From: an uncultured Bacteroidota bacterium
GTDB lineage: Bacteria; Bacteroidota; Bacteroidia; Chitinophagales; Chitinophagaceae
DNA length: 64,000 nucleotides
Reading direction: 5' to 3'
Assembly: GCA_963779325.1 (NCBI GenBank)
Contig: CAVZXS010000011.1
Location: 400,858 to 464,857, forward strand
A program made the translations under genes and the position numbers. Below, piece by piece: positions 1-10,331 of the stretch (position 1 is the first letter of the stretch; every line of letters starts with the position of its first letter). The notes beneath the pieces were generated by a model. That model worked only from the letters and a program-made list of their open reading frames with translations, had not been told where the DNA came from and searched no databases.

Positions 1-85
1 GCCGTTAACCACCTTCGAAACTTCAATCAGGCTTCGATATGCATACCTTGAAAAATTTTTAGAAAATACTTTTTTCCGCAGCAGC

Positions 86-673
86 TTGGGCAGCCCCTAT
101 CCCGTTGCCGATTTATTTATTACCAAAGGAACATCCGGTGTTTTAAAAAGCAGTTATAATTATACAAAAATTTCGGCCAGCGTAGCTGATTATATAAAAA
201 TTCCGCCATTGGGCAGTATTGATTTTATGATTTATGGCGGCCGTACATTCGGTACGCTTCCCTATGTACTGTTAGATATACACCCGGGGAATGAATTGTA
301 TTATTATAACAAGTATGCTTTTAATACCATGAACCGATGGGAATATATAAGCGATAAATATGCGGGCATTAATGTTGAACATAATATCGGCAACGGAATT
401 TTTAAAATATTCCCGAAATTAAAACTGCGGCAATTTTGGAATGTAAAAACTTTATGGGGCAGCCTCAGCGAAGCAAACAAGGCATTGAATTTTAAAAATG
501 GCAATACATTTCAAACCCTCGACGGAAAAACATTTATGGAAGTGGGTACAGGCATCAGCAATATACTTCGCGTATTAAGGTTAGATTTTGTGTGGCGTGT
601 ATTTCCCCGTCCGTTGCCTGCGCAAAAAAGCGGCCGCTTTGGTATTTACGGAAGTTTCAGGGTAGGTTTTTAA
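86..673 (+). CDS. hypothetical protein; possibly the C-terminal part of an outer-membrane beta-barrel protein whose start may lie upstream of the window
   Basis: 195-aa ORF beginning close to window edge; aromatic-rich C-terminus ending ...GSFRVGF resembles OM beta-barrel termini; no diagnostic motif recognised. Confidence 0.35.
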   Translation: MGSPYPVADLFITKGTSGVLKSSYNYTKISASVADYIKIPPLGSIDFMIYGGRTFGTLPYVLLDIHPGNELYYYNKYAFNTMNRWEYISDKYAGINVEHNIGNGIFKIFPKLKLRQFWNVKTLWGSLSEANKALNFKNGNTFQTLDGKTFMEVGTGISNILRVLRLDFVWRVFPRPLPAQKSGRFGIYGSFRVGF

Positions 674-805
674 TTTTAAATATCTCCCAAAGTCTTTTAA
701 CCGGGAAGGCGGTAAGACGGAAAGATTTTTAAATCGACAACTCAACACTTATCGTGTTACCGGCTTCTCCGCAGAATAGGCTCTTAGATAATCAGTAAAT
801 AAAAA

Positions 806-829
806 AACCACCCCGAATGCGGAGTGGTT
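806..829. terminator. bidirectional hairpin between convergent genes
   Basis: AACCAC-CCG-aatg-CGG-GTGGTT stem-loop flanked by A-run upstream and A/T-rich downstream, lying between the + gene ending at 673 and the - gene ending at 978. Confidence 0.45.
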
Positions 830-977
830 AAAAATTATAAAATTTTTTTATTCAGCAGGACAAGGTATTATAAAACCATCTTGATTTACTAAGTAGTCCA
901 AAGGACTACGTGGAATTCTTAGATGGTATTATGCCGACGTAGAACCGCTTTGAACTAAGTAGTGTTTATATTCGGCA

Positions 978-3440
978 TTAGTTAGTGTTTCCGATACCGC
1001 CGCCGCCTTGTGTTCTTTTCTTTTCTTCTTCGGCAGCTTCTTTACGTTGACGTGCAGCCTTCACCTGCGCATTACCAAATCTGTAAGTAAGATTCAATCG
1101 TAGTTGACGGCTTTCCCAGTTACCGCTTGCCGTAGTTACCTGGCCTGCAAAACGGCTGGTACCTTTCCAGCGTTGTGTAAAGAAAATATCGGTTACAGAT
1201 GCTTTCAGGTTGCCTTTTCCTTTAAATATTGTTTTTTGCAAACCTCCGTCTACACTGTAGATAGCTTTGCTTTCAAATGTTCCCTGCCAGATAGAAGGTG
1301 ATGCGTAGAAACCGCTCAGTTCTGCCCTCCATCCTTTTTTACCCAGGGTGAAAGAGTTTTGCATAAAGAAAGTATAAGCAAATACATCTAAATTAATTTT
1401 ACGATTGCCGCCGCCAAAATCTGCTACATACTTGGAATAATAGCTGTTTACATTAAAGAAAGCGCCGTACCATTTCCATTGAAAAGGATAGCTGATATTC
1501 AAACTGATGATATCTTGTGTAGCAAGGTTTTGTTTAGAAATAAAGCTTTTAGATTTCTCCGCTGTATCTATCAACTGTGTAAACACATCTGAAACATGAC
1601 TGTAATTTAAAGCGGTAGTCAATTTGTATTTATATGTATTGGTTATTCCAATTGTATTGGTATACTGCGGACGAAGCTGTGTATTTCCTTTTTGGAAAGT
1701 ATATTCATCCAATTTAAATTCAAAAGGATTTAAATCCTGGTATGCCGGCCTGTCTATACGACGGCTGTAAGATATTCCCCATTGATTCGTCGGTTTTTTA
1801 TTAAACGTAATGGCCGCACTCGGAAATAAACCGCCGTAATTTCTCTTAAACGGATCAATATTAATATCCCTGTTTACAGAACCATCGGCATTTAAGGGAT
1901 AAGAATCGCCGGTGGCGGTTGTATGTTCATAACGCAGGCCTGCCTGTATCATAAATCCTTTAAACGGGCGGTTATAATTAATATAGGCTGCGTTAATATT
2001 TTCGCTGTAATCAAATTGGTTACTGCGGCTCAGGTCAAGTAATTTATTATTACCCGTAACATTATAACGCCCAAAATTATTGCCTGTATTTACCAATGAA
2101 GATTTTACACCCAACCCCAACTTACCTTTTTTATAATTCTGTTCGTAATCAGCCTTTATTGTATAAATATCAATATCGGTAGGAGCTATAAAATTGTAAA
2201 TAAATTTATCCAACTCACTTCCGTCAGGTTTAAAATAATAATTAGGTTGAATTTGATTACTTTTTAACCTGAATAAGCCATAGTCCGCATCTACATTCAG
2301 TTCGCGACCCGCAGTATCGGTATAGCGATAGTTAAGATTTAAGTTTACATTATTTCGGTCGTTTTGGGTGGAGTTATCAGCAATAAGTTTCCTGTCGACA
2401 ATACCGGTGGGTATAAAAGAAATAGGCGTAACACTGTAATTCATAAACTCATTATCGGAAATATTACCGTTTACCACTACACCTATAGTATTTTTCTTAT
2501 CAATAGTATAATCAAGCCCGGCTTTAAACCCGTGGTTGGTATTCAGCATCTTCATATTCGATTTTTGATCGAATAATGTATCCAGTTGCTGACGATAGAG
2601 ATTGAACCTGTTATTATTTAATCCGTGATTAAAATTATAGTTGCCAAACACGTTCACATTTTTATTACGGTGGTTCAGCGATAAGCCTGCATTGTACTTG
2701 CCGTATATACCGATATTATATCCTGCATTTACAGAGCCATTGGTACCGAAGTTTTTATTCTTTTTCAACCTGATATTAATTATACCCGCATTACCGGCCG
2801 CATCATATTTAGCCGACGGGTTTGTAATAATTTCGATAGCCTCTATTTGCGAAGACTGCATATTTTTAAGGTAAGCAGCCAAATCGGCGCCGGCAATGGG
2901 TGTTGGTTTACCGTCAATATAAACCTGCACGCCATTTTTACCGGCAAGGCTTATATTTTCATCTTTATCTACCAATACACCGGGTGATTTGCGCAACAGC
3001 TCCAACGCATCATTACCAACCGCATTAATGGTACCTTCTACATTCAGAATAGTTTTATCCGCTTTCACCTCTATCATCGGCTTCCTGGATGTAACGGTGA
3101 CAGCTTTTAAATCGCCTGAAAGTTTGGTCAATTGCAAGTCGGGCAAATTTATATCTCCTGAGCCGGAAAGCTCAAATACCTTTGAATAACCGGATGAGTG
3201 ACCTACATGAGATGCATTAATAAGGTATGAACCCGGTTTGTCTCCGTTAAAAATAAATTGTCCGTCTGCCTTTGTTACCGCCAATTTTACAACCGAAGAA
3301 TCTTTTGCATTTAAAAGAGAAACGGTGGCTTTTTCTACCGCTTTCCCTTGCACATCCTTTACACTGCCCGAAATTTGTTGCGCTTTTGCGGCAAAAACAG
3401 CCAAAACTGAAAAACTCAACAACGTAAAAATCTTTTTCAT
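978..3440 (-). CDS. TonB-dependent-receptor-like outer membrane protein (N-terminal carboxypeptidase-regulatory-like domain plus large beta-barrel)
   Basis: 820 aa, signal peptide MKKIFTLLSFSVLAVFAAKAQ, N-terminal CarbopepD_reg-like segment, long Asn/Tyr/Gly-rich beta-strand-alternating barrel region, C-terminal charged tail. Confidence 0.7.
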   Translation of the reverse strand: MKKIFTLLSFSVLAVFAAKAQQISGSVKDVQGKAVEKATVSLLNAKDSSVVKLAVTKADGQFIFNGDKPGSYLINASHVGHSSGYSKVFELSGSGDINLPDLQLTKLSGDLKAVTVTSRKPMIEVKADKTILNVEGTINAVGNDALELLRKSPGVLVDKDENISLAGKNGVQVYIDGKPTPIAGADLAAYLKNMQSSQIEAIEIITNPSAKYDAAGNAGIINIRLKKNKNFGTNGSVNAGYNIGIYGKYNAGLSLNHRNKNVNVFGNYNFNHGLNNNRFNLYRQQLDTLFDQKSNMKMLNTNHGFKAGLDYTIDKKNTIGVVVNGNISDNEFMNYSVTPISFIPTGIVDRKLIADNSTQNDRNNVNLNLNYRYTDTAGRELNVDADYGLFRLKSNQIQPNYYFKPDGSELDKFIYNFIAPTDIDIYTIKADYEQNYKKGKLGLGVKSSLVNTGNNFGRYNVTGNNKLLDLSRSNQFDYSENINAAYINYNRPFKGFMIQAGLRYEHTTATGDSYPLNADGSVNRDINIDPFKRNYGGLFPSAAITFNKKPTNQWGISYSRRIDRPAYQDLNPFEFKLDEYTFQKGNTQLRPQYTNTIGITNTYKYKLTTALNYSHVSDVFTQLIDTAEKSKSFISKQNLATQDIISLNISYPFQWKWYGAFFNVNSYYSKYVADFGGGNRKINLDVFAYTFFMQNSFTLGKKGWRAELSGFYASPSIWQGTFESKAIYSVDGGLQKTIFKGKGNLKASVTDIFFTQRWKGTSRFAGQVTTASGNWESRQLRLNLTYRFGNAQVKAARQRKEAAEEEKKRTQGGGGIGNTN

Positions 3441-3637
3441 AATAAATCCTTGTTTTTTGGTTAATGTGCCCCAAAACTAACTTGACAATGCCGTGACAAA
3501 ATTGGAAATCCGACAAAAGGCTTAAAAATGGTTATGAATGGTTTAAATCGTTTCGCCAACTGTTTTAAAAAAATAAATTATATCCTGTCTTTTTTTCAAT
3601 CGTTTTACCAATATTTGCAACTCAAACATTTATAAAT

Positions 3638-4015
3638 ATGAATTTTCCTGCGGAACTTAAGTATACAAAAGATCATGAATGGGTTAGATTGGAAGGCGAT
3701 ATAGCCACCGTGGGTATTACCCAATTTGCCCAGGGCGAATTAGGGGATATTGTGTATGTAGAAGTAGAAACGATTGGTAAAGAATTGGAAGCAGGAGAAA
3801 TTTTCGGAACTGTAGAGGCTGTGAAAACGGTTTCTGATTTGTACCTGCCGGTAAAAGGTATCGTACTGGAATTAAATGCTTCTTTAGCAGGAGCACCCGA
3901 ATCTATAAATAATGACCCGTATGGTGCAGGTTGGATGATAAAGATGAAAGTAAGTGACCCTGCCGACGTAGCTGCTTTGATGGATGCTGCTGCTTATGAA
4001 GCATCTGTTGCCTGA
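3638..4015 (+). CDS. gcvH: glycine cleavage system protein H
   Basis: 125 aa; starts [17 protein letters not shown], lipoyl-lysine context [11 protein letters not shown]; classic GcvH length and motifs. Confidence 0.9.
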   Translation: MNFPAELKYTKDHEWVRLEGDIATVGITQFAQGELGDIVYVEVETIGKELEAGEIFGTVEAVKTVSDLYLPVKGIVLELNASLAGAPESINNDPYGAGWMIKMKVSDPADVAALMDAAAYEASVA

Positions 4016-4107
4016 TTTTCTATAAACACTGCTAATTGCTTGTACTGAAGCGGCTGTAACCAAACGGTCGCTTTTTTTAATACATAAACAAATGATTTCT
4101 TATAAAA

Positions 4108-4503
4108 ATGAATGGATGGATGAAAAATTTGAAACCTTCTTTTTTACCGGCCGGTTTATGGCTTATTATTTCCACGGTACTCCTTACTTTGCCCGGCACT
4201 GCTTTTCCAAAAGAGGATTGGCTGAGCAAGATATGGTTTGACAAATGGGTACATATAGGTATGTTTTTTATAATGGTAGTACTTTTTTGTTGGGGTATCC
4301 TCGCAAAGAATCAGTTTCGGCAAAAGCTCAGTCAATATTTTTTATTAGCAGCCTTTATTTGCCTGGTTTACGGTGCAATAATGGAATTTGTTCAGGATAA
4401 TTTTATTCCCAACAGAGGATTTGATACCGGCGATATAATAGCAGATGCGGCGGGATGCTTAGCGGGATGGTTGTTTTCCGTCAAAAGGTTACTAAAAAAA
4501 TAG
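4108..4503 (+). CDS. VanZ-like family membrane protein
   Basis: 131 aa, 4 predicted TM helices, DKWVHIGMFF / AGCLAGW segments typical of VanZ-like proteins. Confidence 0.7.
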   Translation: MNGWMKNLKPSFLPAGLWLIISTVLLTLPGTAFPKEDWLSKIWFDKWVHIGMFFIMVVLFCWGILAKNQFRQKLSQYFLLAAFICLVYGAIMEFVQDNFIPNRGFDTGDIIADAAGCLAGWLFSVKRLLKK

Positions 4504-4524
4504 ACCCCTGTAGAAACAGGGGTC
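4503..4524 (+). terminator. terminator-like hairpin directly after vanZ-like stop (no U-tract)
   Basis: perfect 8-bp stem GACCCCTG-tagaaa-CAGGGGTC starting at the TAG stop. Confidence 0.45.
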
Positions 4525-4910
4525 GCAACCAAAACTAACTGCTTATGAGAAAATCGTGAGCTTTATATTTTTATATATCGCGAATTATTTATTTTATTCT
4601 TCGTTACTATTACAACGCAAATTTACTGCCATTGTTTCAATCTATTGTGTTAACAAATCTCTAAAGCTTAAAGTATTTTTCCTATCGTTCAAATACTATC
4701 TAACCTTAGGACTTTCACTTTACTTCCGTACAACTGCAAAGCTTTAAAAATAAGAGCTTTATTAATAAACGCAGTCCTTACAAAATTGTTGTACCGGAAT
4801 AAAAATTGTCTTTAAAGCTTAACCCTTCTCGTTACTTGCTGACAAATCAATGACGTAAAGAACTGTTACGAAATAGAAGATGCAAGAATGCTGCCAATTT
4901 CACAAAAGAA

Positions 4911-4947
4911 AAAGCCGCTATTAAAAAAATAACGGCTTTTTTTATTT
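4911..4947. terminator. hairpin with flanking A- and T-runs (weak, long loop)
   Basis: AAAGCCG ... CGGCTTT followed by TTTTTTTATTTT; lies just downstream (on the - strand) of the CDS 4972..5619. Confidence 0.4.
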
Positions 4948-4971
4948 TAAGACTTAAATCCCGAAATAATT

Positions 4972-5619
4972 TTAACCTCCTATAAGCCCTTTCAACATAT
5001 CCATTATACCACCACCCGGGCTCTGAACCTGCCGCTGCTGATTTTGCTGTGCGCCGCCCGTTACCTTACTTATTATATCCTGTAAGTTAAAACCCCCACC
5101 GCCGCCATTTCCGCCACCATTGCCGGTAAACTTGCTCAAAATATCTTGAAAATCAAACCCACTGCCACCGCCTGCTTCTGCAGGTTGAGCAGTTTCTACA
5201 TTACCACCTGTAAGAGCACGAATAATACCATTCATGTCAAAAGAATTATCATTAGGATCTTTCGTTTTGCTTATTAAGCCATTTAAAACATTGGGAATAA
5301 GATTGCTTGCAATACCGCTTGCCGCACTGCTGTTTAGCCCAAAATTTTTCATCAGCTTACTCATAAAATGACCGGCCATCATATTTACAATCGGGTTGGA
5401 CATAATGCCGTTGCCTTGTTGGTTATTTTGACCGCCGCCGGAAAATAACTGCATTATATTTTGCAAACCGCCACCGGCCAATACATTTTGTAACCCGCTT
5501 ACTACTGTATTGGTAGCCTCGGCAGTTGCTTCATTATTACGTTCGTTAGGTATAGCAGGATTGTCTATTATTTCTTTTCCGGCATATTGTTTAACTAAGT
5601 TGAAAAGTTGCTCAATCAT
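4972..5619 (-). CDS. Gly/Asn/Gln-rich low-complexity hypothetical protein with internal repeats
   Basis: 215 aa; repeated FDFQDILSKFTGNGGG / FNLQDIISKVTGGAQQ units and runs of G; no enzymatic motif. Confidence 0.5.
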   Translation of the reverse strand: MIEQLFNLVKQYAGKEIIDNPAIPNERNNEATAEATNTVVSGLQNVLAGGGLQNIMQLFSGGGQNNQQGNGIMSNPIVNMMAGHFMSKLMKNFGLNSSAASGIASNLIPNVLNGLISKTKDPNDNSFDMNGIIRALTGGNVETAQPAEAGGGSGFDFQDILSKFTGNGGGNGGGGGFNLQDIISKVTGGAQQNQQRQVQSPGGGIMDMLKGLIGG

Positions 5620-5697
5620 TGTATTTAATATTTAATTGGTGAAAAAATAATTAGAGGGAAAAGGTAGTAAAAAGGTTGTGATGCAAAAAAATAATCT

Positions 5698-6763
5698 TTA
5701 CTGTTGTGTTACCATTTTTTCCGAGTTCTCGGCAAACTGCAGCGCATCTATAAATTCCTGTATGTTTCCGTTCAAAACATCGTCAAGGTTATAAACGGTA
5801 AGCCCGATACGGTGATCGGTAACCCTACCCTGCGGAAAATTATAGGTTCTGATTTTTGCACTTCGGTCGCCTGTACTTACCAAGCTCTTACGCTGACGCG
5901 AAATCTCATCCTCCTGCTTGCGTACCTGCTCTTCGTATAACTTGGTACGCAGCATATTCATAGCTTTCTCGCGGTTGCCAAGCTGGCTTCGCTCCGTTTG
6001 GCAAACTACCACCACACCGGTAGGTATATGGGTTAAAAAAACTTTCGTTTCCACCTTGTTTACATTCTGCCCGCCGGCACCACCGCTCCTGGCCGTTTCC
6101 ATTTTTACATCACTCTCTTTCAATTCAAAATCTACTTCTTCAGCCTCAGGCATTACCGCTACGGTAGCGGCACTTGTGTGCACACGGCCGCTGGCTTCTG
6201 TATCAGGCACCCGTTGTACACGGTGTACACCGCTCTCAAATTTCAAGCGTACCATATACATCATCGCCGGTTACTTCCAATTGTACTTCTTTGTACCCGC
6301 CAACAGTGCCTTCACTTTCGCTGAGTATGGCTGTTTTCCATCCTCTTCTTTCGCAATATTTCAGGTACATTCTCAATAAATTGCCGGCAAATAAACTGGC
6401 TTCATCGCCACCTGTACCTGCACGTATTTCAAGTATAGCATTCTTTTCATCCTGCGGGTCTTTTGGTATCAGCATCTGGCGGATGACAGATTCCATTTTT
6501 TCTTTTTTTAATTCCAGTTCCGGCGCCTCAGCTTTAGCCAAATCTCTCATTTCCTCATCATCGCCGTTCAGCGCTTCTTTATAAAAATCTATATCCTCCA
6601 GAATTTTTCTGTACTCGTTATAAGCAGTCACAATTTTTTCCAGGCTGCGGTACTCTTTGCTGGTAGCTGTAAATTTTTTATTATCGTTTACAATCTCCGG
6701 GTTGGTAAGGGCAACACCCAAATTATCAAATCTTGCTTTTATTGCTTCTAACTTATCTAACAT
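5698..6763 (-). pseudogene. prfA: peptide chain release factor 1 (RF1), reading frame interrupted by a 1-nt indel near 6236-6264
   Basis: N-terminal ORF 6236..6763 (..[25 protein letters not shown]) and C-terminal ORF 5698..6264 ([42 protein letters not shown]) together recreate full RF1 (GGQ motif, [15 protein letters not shown] are RF1-type); junction CTTGAAATTTGAGAGC restores LKFESG if one base is removed. Confidence 0.85.
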
Positions 6764-6947
6764 TGAATCTGTATTTTTATGTCGTCAACTTATTATTTAC
6801 TATCATCGTCCCTTGCGTCGCACACTTGTACACCGGCAATTCTATTCAGCGCAGTCGAATACATTTTTCCGTATTCAATCATCTGCAATCAGAAAGGTCA
6901 ATATGCGCAGTTACCAATCGGACGAAGGGCAGCAAAGTTAACAATCT

Positions 6948-8163
6948 ATGGCATACCGCAAATTTCAGGCAGATCAATTATTTACTGGCTATAAACTATT
7001 GGCCCGAAACAACATATTAATAACCGATGAGGAAGGCATTGTACAGGATATTGTAGCGTCGGAAAGTGCGGGGGATGATATACAGATTTTGGAAGGCATA
7101 CTTAGTCCGGGTTTTATTAATAGCCATTGCCACCTGGAGCTTAGTCATTTAAAAAATATAATACCGCCGCATACAGGCTTGATTGAGTTTTTATGCTCAG
7201 TGGTTACTAAAAGAGAAGCCCCCGCCAAACCTCCCTCTGAGGGGGAGGCTTATGAAGACCCCGAACAATTAAAAATGCGGGCCATTATTGCAGCAGAAAA
7301 AGAAATGTATGATAATGGCATAGTGGCCGTAGGTGATATTGGCAATACAGCCGATACTTCACAATGTTAAAAGCACAAGCAATATCTATTGGCAAAATTT
7401 TGTAGAGGTAATAAGTTTTACCGATGCAAAAGCTGATGAAAATTTTGAAAACTATACCAAAGTTGCCAAAGAAATGGAATCCGCTCTCAGCACATCACGC
7501 ATTACTCATCGTACTTCTTTGGTGCCGCATGCTCCTTATAGTATCAGCCCAAGGACATTTCAAAAAATTAATGCGGCTACAAAAAATAAAATTATTTCCA
7601 TTCATAACCAAGAACACCCTGCAGAGGATGAGTTGTACAAAACCGGCGGCGGCGAATATTTAAAACTCTTTAAAATATTCGGAATGGATAAATCACCTTT
7701 TCCCGTTACCGGCCTGAGCAGCATCAGAAGTTATTTGCCTTATTTCAACAACGGGCAAACAATTTTTCTTATTCATAATACCTACATGCCCGAAGAAGAT
7801 ATTGTATTTGCCAATAACTATGCGGCCGAAAACGGGTTGACACTGATATACTGCTTTTGTATAAATGCAAATTTGTATATAGAAAACAAAGTGCCTGCTG
7901 TAGAAAATTTTATTAAGCACAATTGTCATATTGTATTGGGTACAGACAGTTACAGCAGCAATTGGCAGTTGAGTATCGGTAAAGAAATAAGCTCGATGCA
8001 AAAACATTTTCCGCAATTGGGTTTGGAGAAATATTTGCAATGGGCTACCATTAACGGCGCCAAAGCCCTGCACCGGGATGATCAATTGGGCAGTTTCGAA
8101 AAAGGTAAGAAACCGGGAGTTGTCTTATTAAATAAAAATTTTGACAGTAAAAGAATATTGTAA
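6948..8163 (+). pseudogene. metal-dependent amidohydrolase (chlorohydrolase/deaminase family), split by a frameshift near 7333-7370
   Basis: ORF 6948..7370 carries the N-terminal HxH metal motif (FINSHCHLELSHL) and ORF 7333..8163 the rest of the barrel (..IHNQEHPAEDE.., ..LGTDSYSSN..); 37-nt overlap in different frames. Confidence 0.65.
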
Positions 8164-8169
8164 TCAGTT

Positions 8170-8917
8170 CTAAAAAATTTCTTTAAGTACCGGTAAAGTT
8201 TTCATGGTACCAAAATCCTGTACATGCAGTGCATAATAAGTTTCATACGTATGCAGGAGTTTTCTTCTGAACTCGTGGTTGAGTTTTATATCTTCCAACT
8301 CTTCGGGCCGCATTACTTTTAATAATTCAGCTGTCATTAAAGCAGCAGCAGATTCAATAAAATGCGGATGCAGCGGTTGTTCGTTGGTAAAATTTCCCTC
8401 CTTCAGGTCAAAATATAAATTTTGCGTGCTTATCAGGTTTTCATTCAACGGGTTTGGCGGTATACCAAAAAAATTGGTTAGTTGCAATGCAAAGAACAAA
8501 GGGAAAGTTGGCTGTTACCGTTTCGCTGCTTTCATCAAGGTGTATAAAAGCATCTTCTGTAAAATGAAAGAGTTCTTCATTCGGTTCGGTTTGCTTGAGG
8601 CATTTAGTCAATAATTCAATCATAAATACAGCGACGGCATTTTTTTTTATATCAGAAAATATATGCTGATACAAAAAGCCCCACTTAAATTCTTTAATGC
8701 GTTGCAGTTGTTTTTGTTCACTGTGGTAAACGATCATATCCAGTAATGCACCGGGCTGAAAAAGGTTGGCCTTACCGCTGCCTTTTTTACTGCTTGTTCG
8801 CACACCATTTATCATATACGATTGCGTACCGAATTTTTCAGTAAACAACAATACAATCAAGCTGGTTTCACCGTATTTGGTGGCGCGCAGCACAATACCT
8901 TTCGTTTTGTGTGTCAT
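8170..8917 (-). pseudogene. recO: DNA repair protein RecO, split by a frameshift near 8441-8499
   Basis: N-terminal ORF 8441..8917 (MTHKTKGIVLRATKYGETSLIV..) matches RecO OB-fold N-domain; C-terminal ORF 8170..8499 continues; overlap in different frames at an A/G homopolymer region. Confidence 0.75.
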
Positions 8918-9135
8918 TATCTGTACAAAAATGCGAATAAAATTAAGGCGAACATTGTTTTATTTTATTCCGCTAATCACCCTTTAGGGTAACAGCATTT
9001 TATTATTATCTTTTTATTTTTACTTTCAGATAAACTTTAAAAGTTACAGTCCCGGTAATTTCATTTTTGTGCAAAATAAATTATTTAATCATTAAACTTT
9101 TTACTCCGGTAATCATCTGACTTAAAATTTTTATT

Positions 9136-10074
9136 ATGAAAAAACAAAAATTAATCCTTTGCATTGCCCTATCCGTCTTTGCATTTACAGAAACACAAGC
9201 GCAGCATATTCCCGCACAAGACTCTACCGGTTTGCCCGGCGACAATTTCAGCCTGCAAGGCGCCTTAGGAATGTTTCAAAAAGCCAATTCAGTTGAAGAG
9301 TTTGAAAAATTAATAAACTCAGAAGATAATAGCGTCAACAATCTTGACTTGAACGGCGATGGCGAAATTGATTATATCCGCGTAATTGATAATAAAGAAA
9401 AAGATGCGCATGCCTTTGTATTGCAAGCTGCCATTTCCGGTACGGAAAGCCAGGATATAGCTGTAATAGAAATGGAAAAAACCGGCGATACAACTGCCAT
9501 TTTACAAATTATTGGCGACGAAGATATTTACGGTGAGCAAACAATAATAGAACCCGGCGAAGGTGAAGAAGACGAAATAGAAGAAAGCAATTACCCGCAG
9601 AGCGGCCCGAGCCCGGGTTATACTATGCATTATAAATACAAACCGCGTTTTATAGTAAATGTATGGTTTTGGCCGGCAGCTCGGTTTGTGTATGCACCGG
9701 CTTATGTAGTTTATCGTTCGCCTTGGGGATGGCGTCATCATCCTAATTGGTACAGACCCTGGAGACCTTTTCGTTGGCATGTTTGGCATCCGCTGAGATA
9801 TCGTCATCACCATCATTGTGCCGTAGTGCGTACGCATCGGGTAATTCATGCACACAATGTTTACCGACCTTACAGAACAACTTCAGTTGTTGTAAGAAAC
9901 AGGCATCAAACGACTGTAAATAACTACCGCGTAACGAGAAGTACTAAAAGAACTGTTGTAACAGGCCCAAGAGGAAATAAAGCAGTGGCAACTAAAAAAA
10001 CTACAACCGTTCGAGGTCCGGGCGGCAATGTAAAAGGAAGGAAAACTACTACAACTGTAAGAAAGAAAAGATAA
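9136..10074 (+). CDS. secreted hypothetical protein with His/Arg/Trp/Tyr-rich low-complexity C-terminal half
   Basis: 312 aa, signal peptide MKKQKLILCIALSVFAFTETQA, acidic middle (EGEEDEIEESNYPQ), then WFWPAARFVYAPAYVVYRSPWGWRHHPNWYRPWRPFRWHVWHPLRYRHHHH.. tail. Confidence 0.5.
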   Translation: MKKQKLILCIALSVFAFTETQAQHIPAQDSTGLPGDNFSLQGALGMFQKANSVEEFEKLINSEDNSVNNLDLNGDGEIDYIRVIDNKEKDAHAFVLQAAISGTESQDIAVIEMEKTGDTTAILQIIGDEDIYGEQTIIEPGEGEEDEIEESNYPQSGPSPGYTMHYKYKPRFIVNVWFWPAARFVYAPAYVVYRSPWGWRHHPNWYRPWRPFRWHVWHPLRYRHHHHCAVVRTHRVIHAHNVYRPYRTTSVVVRNRHQTTVNNYRVTRSTKRTVVTGPRGNKAVATKKTTTVRGPGGNVKGRKTTTTVRKKR

Positions 10075-10090
10075 GTAATAGAACAAAAAA

Positions 10091-10127
10091 GAAAGCGCCG
10101 TCAAAATTTGACGGCGCTTTCTTTTTT
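10091..10127 (+). terminator. rho-independent terminator
   Basis: 13-bp stem GAAAGCGCCGTCA-aaatt-TGACGGCGCTTTC followed by TTTTTT. Confidence 0.75.
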
Positions 10128-10134
10128 GTCATTG

Positions 10135-10150
10135 TGCGGAGACTAAGGGA
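10135..10150. repeat. att core (left copy; partial duplicate of tRNA-Ser 3' end)
   Basis: identical to 20510-20525. Confidence 0.7.
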
Positions 10151-10267
10151 CTAAAACCTATGTTATTTTTAGCTAATTACCTTTAGCAAAATGCAGTCGA
10201 AAAATGACTTTAAACAGGGATACTAACAATATGAGTAAATAAGACTAAACGTAATTAGTATAAAAAT

Positions 10268-10289
10268 TGCTCCCCTTTTTGCTCCCCTT
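10268..10289 (+). repeat. 22-bp putative integrase arm-type site (left), TGCTCCCCTTTTTGCTCCCCTT (itself a tandem TGCTCCCCTT x2)
   Basis: identical 22-mer at 20436-20457 in the same orientation, each 50-120 bp inside the element ends. Confidence 0.6.
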
Positions 10290-10331
10290 TTTTTAAATGC
10301 CTTATCTTTACCCCAAGTTAAAAGCATAAAT

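Noticed and set aside
2364-3480. Several 60-80-aa ORFs antisense to the 820-aa outer-membrane protein gene, and similar antisense ORFs inside gltX, murF-alr, the T9SS genes and fumC
   Set aside because: They are fully embedded in long, motif-supported genes on the other strand.
4556-4747. 63-aa ORF in the AT-rich intergenic region after the vanZ-like gene
   Set aside because: Phe/Leu/Tyr-rich translation of AT-rich DNA, with no start context. The 440-bp AT-rich spacer (4530-4970) is more likely promoter or regulatory DNA for the divergent or convergent neighbours.
5698-6763. The prfA split as a programmed frameshift like that of prfB
   Set aside because: The protein is RF1, not RF2 (motifs [26 protein letters not shown]). 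The break is mid-gene, around codon 175, not at the codon ~26 CUU UGA site. There is no slippery or SD-like context. A 1-nt indel is the simpler explanation.
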